This document shows positions 56,989 to 64,000 of a DNA stretch of 64,000 bases, one piece after another (position 1 is the stretch's first letter; the number at the start of each line of letters is the position of its first letter). The translations under genes and the position numbers were made by a program. The DNA is from SAR202 cluster bacterium bin90. Lineage in GTDB: Bacteria; Chloroflexota; Dehalococcoidia; Lucifugimonadales; JADFKI01. The stretch is from contig MPND01000013.1 in assembly GCA_002238855.1 (NCBI GenBank), positions 9,970-73,969 of the forward strand, given 5' to 3'. The notes beneath the pieces were generated by a model. That model was not told the origin of the DNA, did no database searches, and saw only the letters and a program-made list of their open reading frames with translations.

Positions 56989-58152
56989 CTATCCAGTGTA
57001 AGCATACTTCTTCGCCATATCCTCCCGCAGGTCTGTTCCCCAGCCCGGCCCCGTCGGTATCTTCATCATCCCGTTGTTCACCTCCGGCAGGACCGTAAAC
57101 AGCTCCTCGCGCCACGGCGCCTGCACCGGGTCGCTCTCGCTGATGCGCACATTGTTGATCGAAGCGCACATGTTCATCGTCTGGAAGTTCGACAGGTGGC
57201 TGTTGTAGTTGTGCGGTGCGACGTTGATGTCGAACAACTCCGCCATGTTCGCCGCCCTGCGCGCCGGTATGAACCCCTGCCACTGCACGTCCAGCTTCAT
57301 GAAGTCCATCGAGCGGTTCTGCAGCAGCTCGAGGTAGTTCAGCGGCCCCAGCTTCTGCTCGCCCGAGCATATCGGCGTACGCGTCGCGTCCTTCACCATC
57401 CGCAGGCTCTCCGCGTCCAGGTTATCTATCTCCATCCACATCAGGTCATACGGCTCCAACGCCTGCCCCAGCCGTATCTGCGACTCCGCCTTGAAGTTCA
57501 CATTCACATCCAGGCAGATGTTAGCGTCCGGCCCCCCTTCTTCACGCATCGCCGATATCTGATCTACCGCGGCTCTCCGCAGCGCGCGCTCCATGACCTG
57601 GTCGTGCGGTCCCGCCGTCCCCTGGCTAATTGTGCGGAATGGCTCGCCCGGAATCTGGATATTAGTCTTCATCGTGTCGTATCCGGCGTCAATCGCCATG
57701 CGCACAAGCGCCTTGATGTCGTCGTAGTTGCGAAGCGGCTCTCTGCCCAGCGCCTTGTAGTTGGTGGACTGGAAAGACACGAGGTGCGACCAGTAAACCT
57801 TCTGCTCCGTCCGCGTCGGCCCTCCGACCAGTTCATGGACCGGCACACCCATCGCCTTGCCCTTCACATCCCACAGCGCCAGCTCAATTCCCGCGATAGC
57901 CATCCAAGTCGCCCCGCCGAAAGCCGACCGCGACGAGCGCACCATGTTCGTGTAGTGCTGCTCCACGCTGCGTGGGTCCTTGCCGATAATGTGCCGCGAA
58001 AGGTCATCCACAAGCCCCGTCAGCCCCTTGGCAAGATCGCCAACGCCGAACTCCGAGTAGCCTGTGATTCCTTCGTCTGTCCGCACCGCGCAGTACAGCC
58101 AGGGCCTGCCCAGCGACTTTACGGGGAATACTTCGATACCAGTAACTTTCAA
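56989..58152 (-). CDS. enolase-superfamily protein, paralog 3
   Basis: 387 aa. MKVTGIEVFPV...VRTDEGITGYSE, with ICLDVNVNF, WMEIDN and CSGEQ blocks. Confidence 0.8.
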   Translation of the reverse strand: MKVTGIEVFPVKSLGRPWLYCAVRTDEGITGYSEFGVGDLAKGLTGLVDDLSRHIIGKDPRSVEQHYTNMVRSSRSAFGGATWMAIAGIELALWDVKGKAMGVPVHELVGGPTRTEQKVYWSHLVSFQSTNYKALGREPLRNYDDIKALVRMAIDAGYDTMKTNIQIPGEPFRTISQGTAGPHDQVMERALRRAAVDQISAMREEGGPDANICLDVNVNFKAESQIRLGQALEPYDLMWMEIDNLDAESLRMVKDATRTPICSGEQKLGPLNYLELLQNRSMDFMKLDVQWQGFIPARRAANMAELFDINVAPHNYNSHLSNFQTMNMCASINNVRISESDPVQAPWREELFTVLPEVNNGMMKIPTGPGWGTDLREDMAKKYAYTG

Positions 58153-58207
58153 TTTTCTCTCCTTCTAACAGGTGGCATTTGTTTTCATCAAGGGGATTGA
58201 ATTCAGA

Positions 58208-59065
58208 TCACACTGTGGCCGGCAACGCCTCTCCCGCTGCGAACTTTTTCAGCGAATCCGCAATCGCATCCGGCCGCTCCATATACATATTGTGTCCAGT
58301 ATTCTCGATCGTCAGCCTATGGAAGTCCGGTATGCCATCCTGCACCTCGTTCAATTCCTTGATGCGCGTCTGATGTCCGCTGCTCCGAATAAATAGGATC
58401 GGCAGTCCCAACTCGGCGAACACCGGCTTCAGGTCAACGTGGTCGCCGTCTCGGTCCTTCCAATTGAATGTGAATGACGACCATTTCATGTCATAAAGCC
58501 CGTCCTCACGCTTGTACGCCTCGTGCGCCACCACATCGCGCAGAACCTCAGGGTGCCACCTGGATGTTGCAGGATGCTGCTTCAAATAGCCATCCAACTC
58601 ATCGCGGCTCTTCCACGTACTCCGCTCCGCGTGCTCCCTGCCCGCAACCATCTTGTGAAAGCGGTCGTCCACAACCACCATCGGCTCCATAAGAGCGAGC
58701 CGCGAAAACATTCCAGGATGCCTCTGCGCGCACAGCGCCATCACCACGCCCCCCGTCGAGTGCGCCACGCCGATGACCTGACGCAGTTCCAGTGCCTCGC
58801 AGAAAGCCGCAAGATCGTTCACCCGCTCCGCAAAGCGATACCCCCGCGGCGTCCAGTCGCTGTCACCATGTCCGCGCGCATCAAGGGCAATCACACGGTA
58901 ATCGCCCGCCAGCCTGCGGGACACCGCATCCCAGCTTCGACTCGTCCGCATATCACCATGGAACAGCAGCAACACAGGGCCGTCGCCGCCCCAGTCAACA
59001 TAGCGCAGGCGGATGTCACGAACCATCACATATTGGCAAGTCGGCTCTTGCAACCTGTCTCCCAT
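58208..59065 (-). CDS. alpha/beta-fold hydrolase
   Basis: 285 aa. Oxyanion region LLLFHGD and nucleophile elbow GVAHSTGG. The start is uncertain; an alternative Met lies 13 codons in. Confidence 0.75.
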   Translation of the reverse strand: MGDRLQEPTCQYVMVRDIRLRYVDWGGDGPVLLLFHGDMRTSRSWDAVSRRLAGDYRVIALDARGHGDSDWTPRGYRFAERVNDLAAFCEALELRQVIGVAHSTGGVVMALCAQRHPGMFSRLALMEPMVVVDDRFHKMVAGREHAERSTWKSRDELDGYLKQHPATSRWHPEVLRDVVAHEAYKREDGLYDMKWSSFTFNWKDRDGDHVDLKPVFAELGLPILFIRSSGHQTRIKELNEVQDGIPDFHRLTIENTGHNMYMERPDAIADSLKKFAAGEALPATV

Positions 59066-59119
59066 ATATCCTGCACGAGTTCTTGGCGCTATCCGCTTGT
59101 TCCGGCACAGGGAACCGAA

Positions 59120-60040
59120 TTACGCCAGGTCCAACTCCTCCAGTATCGCCGGAATCCCTTCCTTCTCCTCATCCGTAAGCGGACGCAGCGGCCTTGAAAC
59201 CGTATCGTCGTCAATGACCCCCATGTGCTTCAGTGCCGACTTCATTCCAGCAAAGCTCGCAGCATTCGCGCCGCCGCCCTTCGCCAGCCCGGCAATCTTC
59301 CCTGCCGCCATAATGGTCGCGTTGCTCTTGCGCACGGTATCAGCGTCACCTGCTTCGCCTGCCTCCCAGCCCTGCGATGCCGCCGCGGGTATCAGGTTCG
59401 CTATGCCAGGTATGACACCCTGCACACCAACCGATCCTGCGGTAGTAATGCGGAAAGCCGTGCCGAGGAATCGCAGCAACGAAATCTCCCCCTGCTCGCA
59501 CAGAACATTCAGCTGTGCAAGCAGTTCGCCCGCGCCCGAGCTGTCCTTCACGCCCACAACCGCGCCTTCGCCCGCAAGCGTTGCAATCGTGCCCGGCGCA
59601 ACCGCTGTCTTGACCGTCTGCGGTATGTTGTACACCCACAGCGGCGTCCCAACACGCGCACTGATATGTCGATAGTGATCGAGCACTTCATCCTGCGCGT
59701 TCGGATAGTAGTAAGGCGGTGTAACGGCAACGCCATCCATCCCCATCTCCTGCACCTCAAGCGCCATATTGATGGATAACTGCGTGCTCGCCCCAGACAC
59801 ATTGCCGATAATCGGCACGCGCCCGTTCACCTCATCAACGACAGCATCCATGCTGACCAGCCGCTCCTTATCCGACAGGTTCGCGAACTCCCCTGTCGTC
59901 CCGGACACCCATATCCCATGCACGCCATTGTCGATAAGATAGTTCACCAGCCGCCGCAGTGACGCCACATCCACCGTCTCGTCCGACTTCAGCGGCGTAA
60001 GTATGGGCACGATCACGCCTTTGATCTCTTTTCCTGCCAT
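59120..60040 (-). CDS. DapA/N-acetylneuraminate-lyase family aldolase (class I, Schiff-base type)
   Basis: GVIVPILTPL...GIWVSGTTGEFANLS. I prefer ATG 60040 (MAGKEIKG). A second DapA-family gene, distinct from the biosynthetic dapA at 2781. Confidence 0.78.
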   Translation of the reverse strand: MAGKEIKGVIVPILTPLKSDETVDVASLRRLVNYLIDNGVHGIWVSGTTGEFANLSDKERLVSMDAVVDEVNGRVPIIGNVSGASTQLSINMALEVQEMGMDGVAVTPPYYYPNAQDEVLDHYRHISARVGTPLWVYNIPQTVKTAVAPGTIATLAGEGAVVGVKDSSGAGELLAQLNVLCEQGEISLLRFLGTAFRITTAGSVGVQGVIPGIANLIPAAASQGWEAGEAGDADTVRKSNATIMAAGKIAGLAKGGGANAASFAGMKSALKHMGVIDDDTVSRPLRPLTDEEKEGIPAILEELDLA

Positions 60041-60090
60041 TTTCTGGACTCCCTTTTTTTCAGATGTTTCTCTCTGCAAGCGCGACGCAC

Positions 60091-60492
60091 TTACAACAAA
60101 ATGAATGGAGGAAATACTTCCTCATCCTCTGGAACTTTCTCCAATTTCTGCGTAACCGGATTTGCCTTCATACGAAGGGTTTGCAGCAATTCAAAGCCTA
60201 TCAGTGGCATAGGGGACACTATCACAAGTGCCGGAGCACGGTCCTCGCCGATTCGCACCGTTGCTGAGTATGTATCGCTTTCCATCACGCCCAGCCCAGT
60301 CATCAGCCTGAATCTTCCGCCTGGAAACTTATAGAGGCCTAGTGCCTCGATATCCTCAATCGGCAGACCCACAGAGTTCGAGCCTGTATCGACCAGAAAT
60401 TCAAAGCGTCTTATTCCGTTTTCACCCGTTACGACCGCTTCCACCATCGTTCGTCCCATCGAAGCCCTCCGGCACCTGAAAGTCTCTCCCAT
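60091..60492 (-). CDS. stand-alone retropepsin-like (clan AA) aspartic protease
   Basis: 133 aa. FEFLVDTGSNSVGLP carries the D-T/S-G catalytic triplet in a hydrophobic context, at about the size of one retropepsin monomer. An alternative start is ATG 60459. Confidence 0.6.
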   Translation of the reverse strand: MGETFRCRRASMGRTMVEAVVTGENGIRRFEFLVDTGSNSVGLPIEDIEALGLYKFPGGRFRLMTGLGVMESDTYSATVRIGEDRAPALVIVSPMPLIGFELLQTLRMKANPVTQKLEKVPEDEEVFPPFILL

Positions 60493-60555
60493 GTTTCATA
60501 CCACAGAACAGCTTTTTCTTCTCTAGTAAATAATATCACCCATTGAGCAAGCAGA

Positions 60556-60593
60556 ACGGGCCGACGCACCATAGCTCGGTGTCATCGGCCCGT
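60556..60593 (-). terminator. long GC-rich hairpin after the MoaD-like gene (possible terminator)
   Basis: ACGGGCCGA (60556-60564) pairs with TCGGCCCGT (60585-60593). On the minus strand it is followed by TCTGCTTGCTC, only a weak T-tract. Confidence 0.4.
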
Positions 60594-60627
60594 CCATATC
60601 TTCCTTGGCTCACAGCAACAAGCGGTG

Positions 60628-60894
60628 CTAGGCCCCGCCTCCGATGGCGGGCAGGAAATGTACCTCGCTGCTCTCGTTCACCTTCTCCAGCATCCCCAGC
60701 GGCGTGACTTCACCATCCACTGCCACGGATATGTTCGGCTTCACGCGGTCGTCTTCGACAAGCCGCGCCTTAACGCCAGGATACATACCGTCCAGATTGT
60801 TGATGATCTGGCGCACAGTGGATCCTTCCACGCGCACCTGCTTCTCACCGTCGGTCAGACTCTGCATCAGAGAGGGTATGAATACAGTTGCCAT
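60628..60894 (-). CDS. MoaD/ThiS/CysO-like ubiquitin-fold (beta-grasp) sulfur-carrier protein ending ...AIGGGA
   Basis: 88 aa. IPSLMQSLTDGEKQVRVEGSTV...VAVDGEV...EVHFLPAIGGGA resembles CysO/MoaD. The di-Gly is followed by further residue(s). It starts 4 nt after the coxL-like stop. Confidence 0.7.
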   Translation of the reverse strand: MATVFIPSLMQSLTDGEKQVRVEGSTVRQIINNLDGMYPGVKARLVEDDRVKPNISVAVDGEVTPLGMLEKVNESSEVHFLPAIGGGA

Positions 60895-60898
60895 TGCT

Positions 60899-63193
60899 CT
60901 AGCTCTGCTTCCAGGACTCCTCCATAATCGCCACGGGGCTCATCGGAAGCCGGTCCATGCGAATGCCCGTCGCGTTCTGGACTGCGTTCGCGATCGCCGG
61001 TGTCGGCGGTACGATGTTCGCCTCGCCCACTCCGCGCACTCCAAATGGATGGTCGCTCGCTACTTCCACAATGACCGTGTCAATCATCGGCAGGTCCAGG
61101 CTGGTGGGCATACGATAGTCCAGCAGCGTCGAGTTCGCCATGACGCCGTCATCGTTCATGTAATACTCTTCGTTCAGCGCCCAGCCGATACCCTGCACGC
61201 TTCCGCCCTGCATCTGTCCTTCGACATAGCTCGGGTGGATCGCCTTGCCGGCATCCTGCACGCAGGTGAACCGAGTCACATCGGTCTTTCCCGTAAGCGG
61301 ATCAACCTTGACGTCCACGATGTTGCCCGCGAACGAGCCGCCGCCGACGCCCATGCCGCCTGCGTTGCGGCTTGCCGTGCCGACGATTGGTCCGCCCGTA
61401 CCCGCAAGCTGTCCCGCCAGATCCTGGAAGCTCATATTAAGCTCCGGATCGGAGGAAGACTGGAATACGCCGTCCTTCAGCTCGATGGAGTCGGCATCGA
61501 CATCCCATATCGTCGCAGCGCGCTGGATCATCTTCGCCTTGACATCCTGGGCTGCGTCATAAGCCGCCCAGCCTGTCGCGTATGTCGTACGGCTTCCGCC
61601 CGTTACGGCAGTGAAACCTACCGAGTCTGTGTCCACCACTGACGGGCGCACACTCTCTGCAGCGATGCCGAGAACTTCCGCCGCCTGCATAGCAATGGAT
61701 GCCCTGCTGCCGCCGATGTCAGTCGAACCCTCGACCAGCGTAATCGTGCCGTCGCCGTTAACAGCGATGTTCACTGCGGACTCGAATCCCACATTGAACC
61801 AGTAGCCAATGGCAACGCCGCGTCCCTCGTTCTCGCCAAGAGGTGCGCTGTAATGCGGATGGTTCTTCATCGCCTCAAGCACCTCGACGCAGCCGATGCG
61901 CGGGAATACCGTGCCGTCCGGCCTGCGTGTGCCTTCAGTCGAAGCATTCTTCATGCGGAAGTCAAGCGGGTCCATCCCAATCGCCTGCGCGACCTCGTCC
62001 ACCACCTGCTCGGCGGCGAACGCTGCATTCGGCGCACCTGGCGCCCGGTATGCAGCCGTCTTCGGCTTATTGACAACGACATCGTAGCCGTCGATCACCG
62101 CATTCTCCACATCGTAGGCTGCGAATACGCACATCGCGCCCGCGCCCACCGGAGAACCCGCATACGCGCCCGCCTCAAAGGCGAGGTACGCCTGCATTGC
62201 TGTGATTGTGCCGTCGTTCTTCGCGCCGACTTTGACCTTCATGTTGCAGCCGCAAGTCGGGCCCGAAGCCTCGAACACATCTGCGCGGCTCATAACCAGC
62301 TTGACCGCCCTGCCGCTCTTCTTGGAGAGCATTGCAGCGACCGGCTCAAGGTAAATCGGAATCTTGCCGCCGAATCCGCCGCCGATCTCCATAGGCGTTA
62401 CGCGCACCTGCGAAACAGACAAACGTAGAACTTCGGCCGTAGCATCGCGCGCAGGGAACGCGCCCTGCGTGCTGCACCAGATATGCAGCCTGCCGTCCGG
62501 GTTCCAGACAGCACTCGCCGCGTGTGGCTCGATGTACCCTTGGTGTACTGTAACCGTGTTGAACTCGCGCTCGATGACAACATCGGCATCGGCGAATCCT
62601 TCTGAGACGTCGCCCTTCACATGCTGGAAGTGCTGCGCCACATTGCTCGGCGTATCCTCGATGGTCTCACCGAGTTCGTTCGTCCGCATGCTCTCATGCA
62701 GGATCGGCGCACCGTCAGCCATTGCATCCTGCACCGTCATCGCCGACGGAAGTACCTCGTACTCCACCTCGATAAGCTTCACGGCTTCTTCCGCAGTGTG
62801 CGGGTTCGTCGCCGCGACCGCCGCGACCGCATGTCCCTTGTAGAGAACCTTGTGCCGCGCCAGTATGTTGGACTGCAGGTCGTGAACAGTCGTAACCTCT
62901 TCGCCGAAGTCCACGGCGCCATCTGACACCTGAGGGAAGTCGGCGAAAGTCACCACGGCGAGTACGCCGGCCAATGCCTCCGCCTTGCTCGCGTCGATGG
63001 ATACGATATTCGCGTGTGCATGGGGGCTTCGCAGAATCTTGCCGTGAAGCAGGCCTGCCGTGTCGAAGTCCGCGCCATACAGCGCTCGGCCCGTTACCTT
63101 GTCGGCGCCGTCGTGTCGGATTGGTCGAGTGCCGACCACATTGTAGTCAACACTGGACAGAATTACATTGCTTTCGTATTCGGTAGTCGTCAT
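60899..63193 (-). CDS. xanthine-dehydrogenase-family molybdopterin-binding large subunit (CoxL/aldehyde-oxidoreductase-like)
   Basis: 764 aa. RHDGADKVTGRALYGAD near the N-terminus. The active-site loop is AYRAPGAP, not the VAYRCSFR of form I CO dehydrogenase. Confidence 0.85.
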   Translation of the reverse strand: MTTTEYESNVILSSVDYNVVGTRPIRHDGADKVTGRALYGADFDTAGLLHGKILRSPHAHANIVSIDASKAEALAGVLAVVTFADFPQVSDGAVDFGEEVTTVHDLQSNILARHKVLYKGHAVAAVAATNPHTAEEAVKLIEVEYEVLPSAMTVQDAMADGAPILHESMRTNELGETIEDTPSNVAQHFQHVKGDVSEGFADADVVIEREFNTVTVHQGYIEPHAASAVWNPDGRLHIWCSTQGAFPARDATAEVLRLSVSQVRVTPMEIGGGFGGKIPIYLEPVAAMLSKKSGRAVKLVMSRADVFEASGPTCGCNMKVKVGAKNDGTITAMQAYLAFEAGAYAGSPVGAGAMCVFAAYDVENAVIDGYDVVVNKPKTAAYRAPGAPNAAFAAEQVVDEVAQAIGMDPLDFRMKNASTEGTRRPDGTVFPRIGCVEVLEAMKNHPHYSAPLGENEGRGVAIGYWFNVGFESAVNIAVNGDGTITLVEGSTDIGGSRASIAMQAAEVLGIAAESVRPSVVDTDSVGFTAVTGGSRTTYATGWAAYDAAQDVKAKMIQRAATIWDVDADSIELKDGVFQSSSDPELNMSFQDLAGQLAGTGGPIVGTASRNAGGMGVGGGSFAGNIVDVKVDPLTGKTDVTRFTCVQDAGKAIHPSYVEGQMQGGSVQGIGWALNEEYYMNDDGVMANSTLLDYRMPTSLDLPMIDTVIVEVASDHPFGVRGVGEANIVPPTPAIANAVQNATGIRMDRLPMSPVAIMEESWKQS

Positions 63194-63675
63194 GCGCTCA
63201 CCTCCTGCAAACGTGCAGCCGCATCCTGTACTGCGCGCACAATCTTGTCGTATCCCGTGCAGCGACAGAGATTATTCGCAAGCCAGAAGCGAATCTCGTG
63301 TTCAGTCGGGTCGGGGTTGTGATCGAGCAATGCCTTCGTCGCTACTATGAAGCCGGGAGTGCAGATGCCGCACTGCAGCGCGGCGTTCTCAAGGAAAGCC
63401 TGCTGAACGGGGTGCAACTCACTGCCCTCCGCAATGCCTTCGATAGTCGTAATGTCACTGCCCTCTGCCTCTACGCCCAGCACGAGGCAGGATGTGACGA
63501 TTCTGCCGTCCATCTCGACCGTGCATGCCCCGCAGTTGCCGTCGTTGCAGCCCTCCTTGGAGCCGGTCAGGCCGATGACATCACGCAGGCATTCGAGCAG
63601 GCTCTGCCGCGGCTCCGCGAGGAAGTCCACGTGTTCGCCGTTAATTCTCGTCTGTACATAAGTCTTTCCGGGCAT
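63190..63675 (-). CDS. (2Fe-2S)-binding small subunit (CoxS-like)
   Basis: 161 aa. CNDGNCGACTV and CGICTPG...CRCTGY cluster motifs. Confidence 0.9.
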   Translation of the reverse strand: MPGKTYVQTRINGEHVDFLAEPRQSLLECLRDVIGLTGSKEGCNDGNCGACTVEMDGRIVTSCLVLGVEAEGSDITTIEGIAEGSELHPVQQAFLENAALQCGICTPGFIVATKALLDHNPDPTEHEIRFWLANNLCRCTGYDKIVRAVQDAAARLQEVSA

Positions 63676-64000
63676 TAAGCATTCTCCTTAGCTCGGTCTA
63701 TTGCTATCTGAAGCGAGCGCCTCGTGAGCACATCGCACAGGTGCTTTCTGTATTCGACGGTGCCGCGCATGTCCGTGATCGGACGCGCAGCGTCCTTAGC
63801 CATCTGTCCGGCCTCTGCCAGCGTCTCTTCGTTGGCAGGCTTGCCTGCGATGGCGTCGCCGATTGCCGACACATAAAGAGGCGTCGGTGCAACAGCGGCC
63901 AGAGCCACACGCGCCGACTTGATGGTGCCGTTCTCCAGCACTACCGAAGTGCCCGCGCCGGCTACCGCGATGTCCATCTCATTCCGGGGAATGAAGCGCA
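63675..64000 (-). CDS. FAD-binding medium subunit (CoxM-like), C-terminal part; the 5' end lies outside the window
   Basis: The reading frame stays open to the window edge (…RFIPRNEMDIAVAGAG…). C-terminus TDMRGTVEYRKHL is typical of the CO-dehydrogenase flavoprotein C-terminal domain. Confidence 0.75.
   Translation of the reverse strand, partial: RFIPRNEMDIAVAGAGTSVVLENGTIKSARVALAAVAPTPLYVSAIGDAIAGKPANEETLAEAGQMAKDAARPITDMRGTVEYRKHLCDVLTRRSLQIAIDRAKENA

Noticed and set aside
60899-63193. Form I aerobic CO dehydrogenase (CoxL)
   Set aside because: The active-site loop reads AYRAPGAP, not VAYRCSFR. It is better called a generic xanthine-dehydrogenase-family hydroxylase with unknown substrate.
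1-64000. CRISPR arrays, IS elements, integrases, prophage or known defence-system genes
   Set aside because: I scanned the ORF list and the spacers. There are no short direct-repeat arrays, no transposase, recombinase or RT-like proteins, and no nuclease/ATPase defence signatures apart from the VapBC pair.

Overview
This 64 kb chromosomal window is densely coding on both strands, with GC-rich genes separated by short AT-rich spacers. I found no rRNA, tRNA, CRISPR array, transposase, integrase or phage gene.

Left half (1-32 kb), mostly housekeeping:
- plsC (partial), cmk and purA.
- A dapB-asd-dapA lysine block.
- A cbiM(PDGLE)-cbiQ-cbiO cobalt ECF importer, an MFS transporter and thiI.
- A 972-aa lipoprotein built from six tandem sCache_2-like modules.
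- A 2-hydroxyacid dehydrogenase next to an orphan RACo-like 2Fe-2S/ASKHA protein.
- The nusA-ylxR-infB-rbfA-truB operon, without rimP.
- rplU-rpmA-rpmE and a DUF1385 gene.
- hisH-A-F-IE, preceded by a PduO-type adenosyltransferase.
- An hsp20 / cbpA-hspR heat-shock locus, and moeB.

Right half (33-64 kb), accessory and catabolic:
- An MpaB/DUF2236 oxygenase, a PNPOx-family protein, a class I DAHP synthase and an LLM oxidoreductase.
- Three enolase-superfamily paralogs.
- A VapBC/Phd toxin-antitoxin pair.
- An apparent MFS-nthB-nthA-accessory-cbiH-cbiA operon encoding a Co-type nitrile hydratase.
- An AIM24-DUF1800-NHL-DUF1501 cluster.
- Three tandem amidase paralogs and two VOC proteins.
- DUF998, an alpha/beta hydrolase and a DapA-like aldolase.
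- A retropepsin-like protease and a CysO/MoaD-like beta-grasp protein.
- A CoxMSL-type molybdenum hydroxylase, whose CoxM gene runs off the right edge.

The paralog expansions (enolase, amidase, LLM, MFS) and the operon layout suggest a marine Chloroflexota, possibly SAR202-like. This is inference only and I could not verify it here.

No obvious defence or mobile system is present. The least explained items, in my order of interest:
1. The output-less hexa-Cache lipoprotein.
2. The signal-less AIM24/DUF1800/NHL/DUF1501 cluster.
3. The nitrile hydratase operon carrying two isolated corrin-pathway genes.
4. The GG-capped ubiquitin-like protein beside a retropepsin-like protease.

All calls rest on motif recognition by eye. 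No database search was run.
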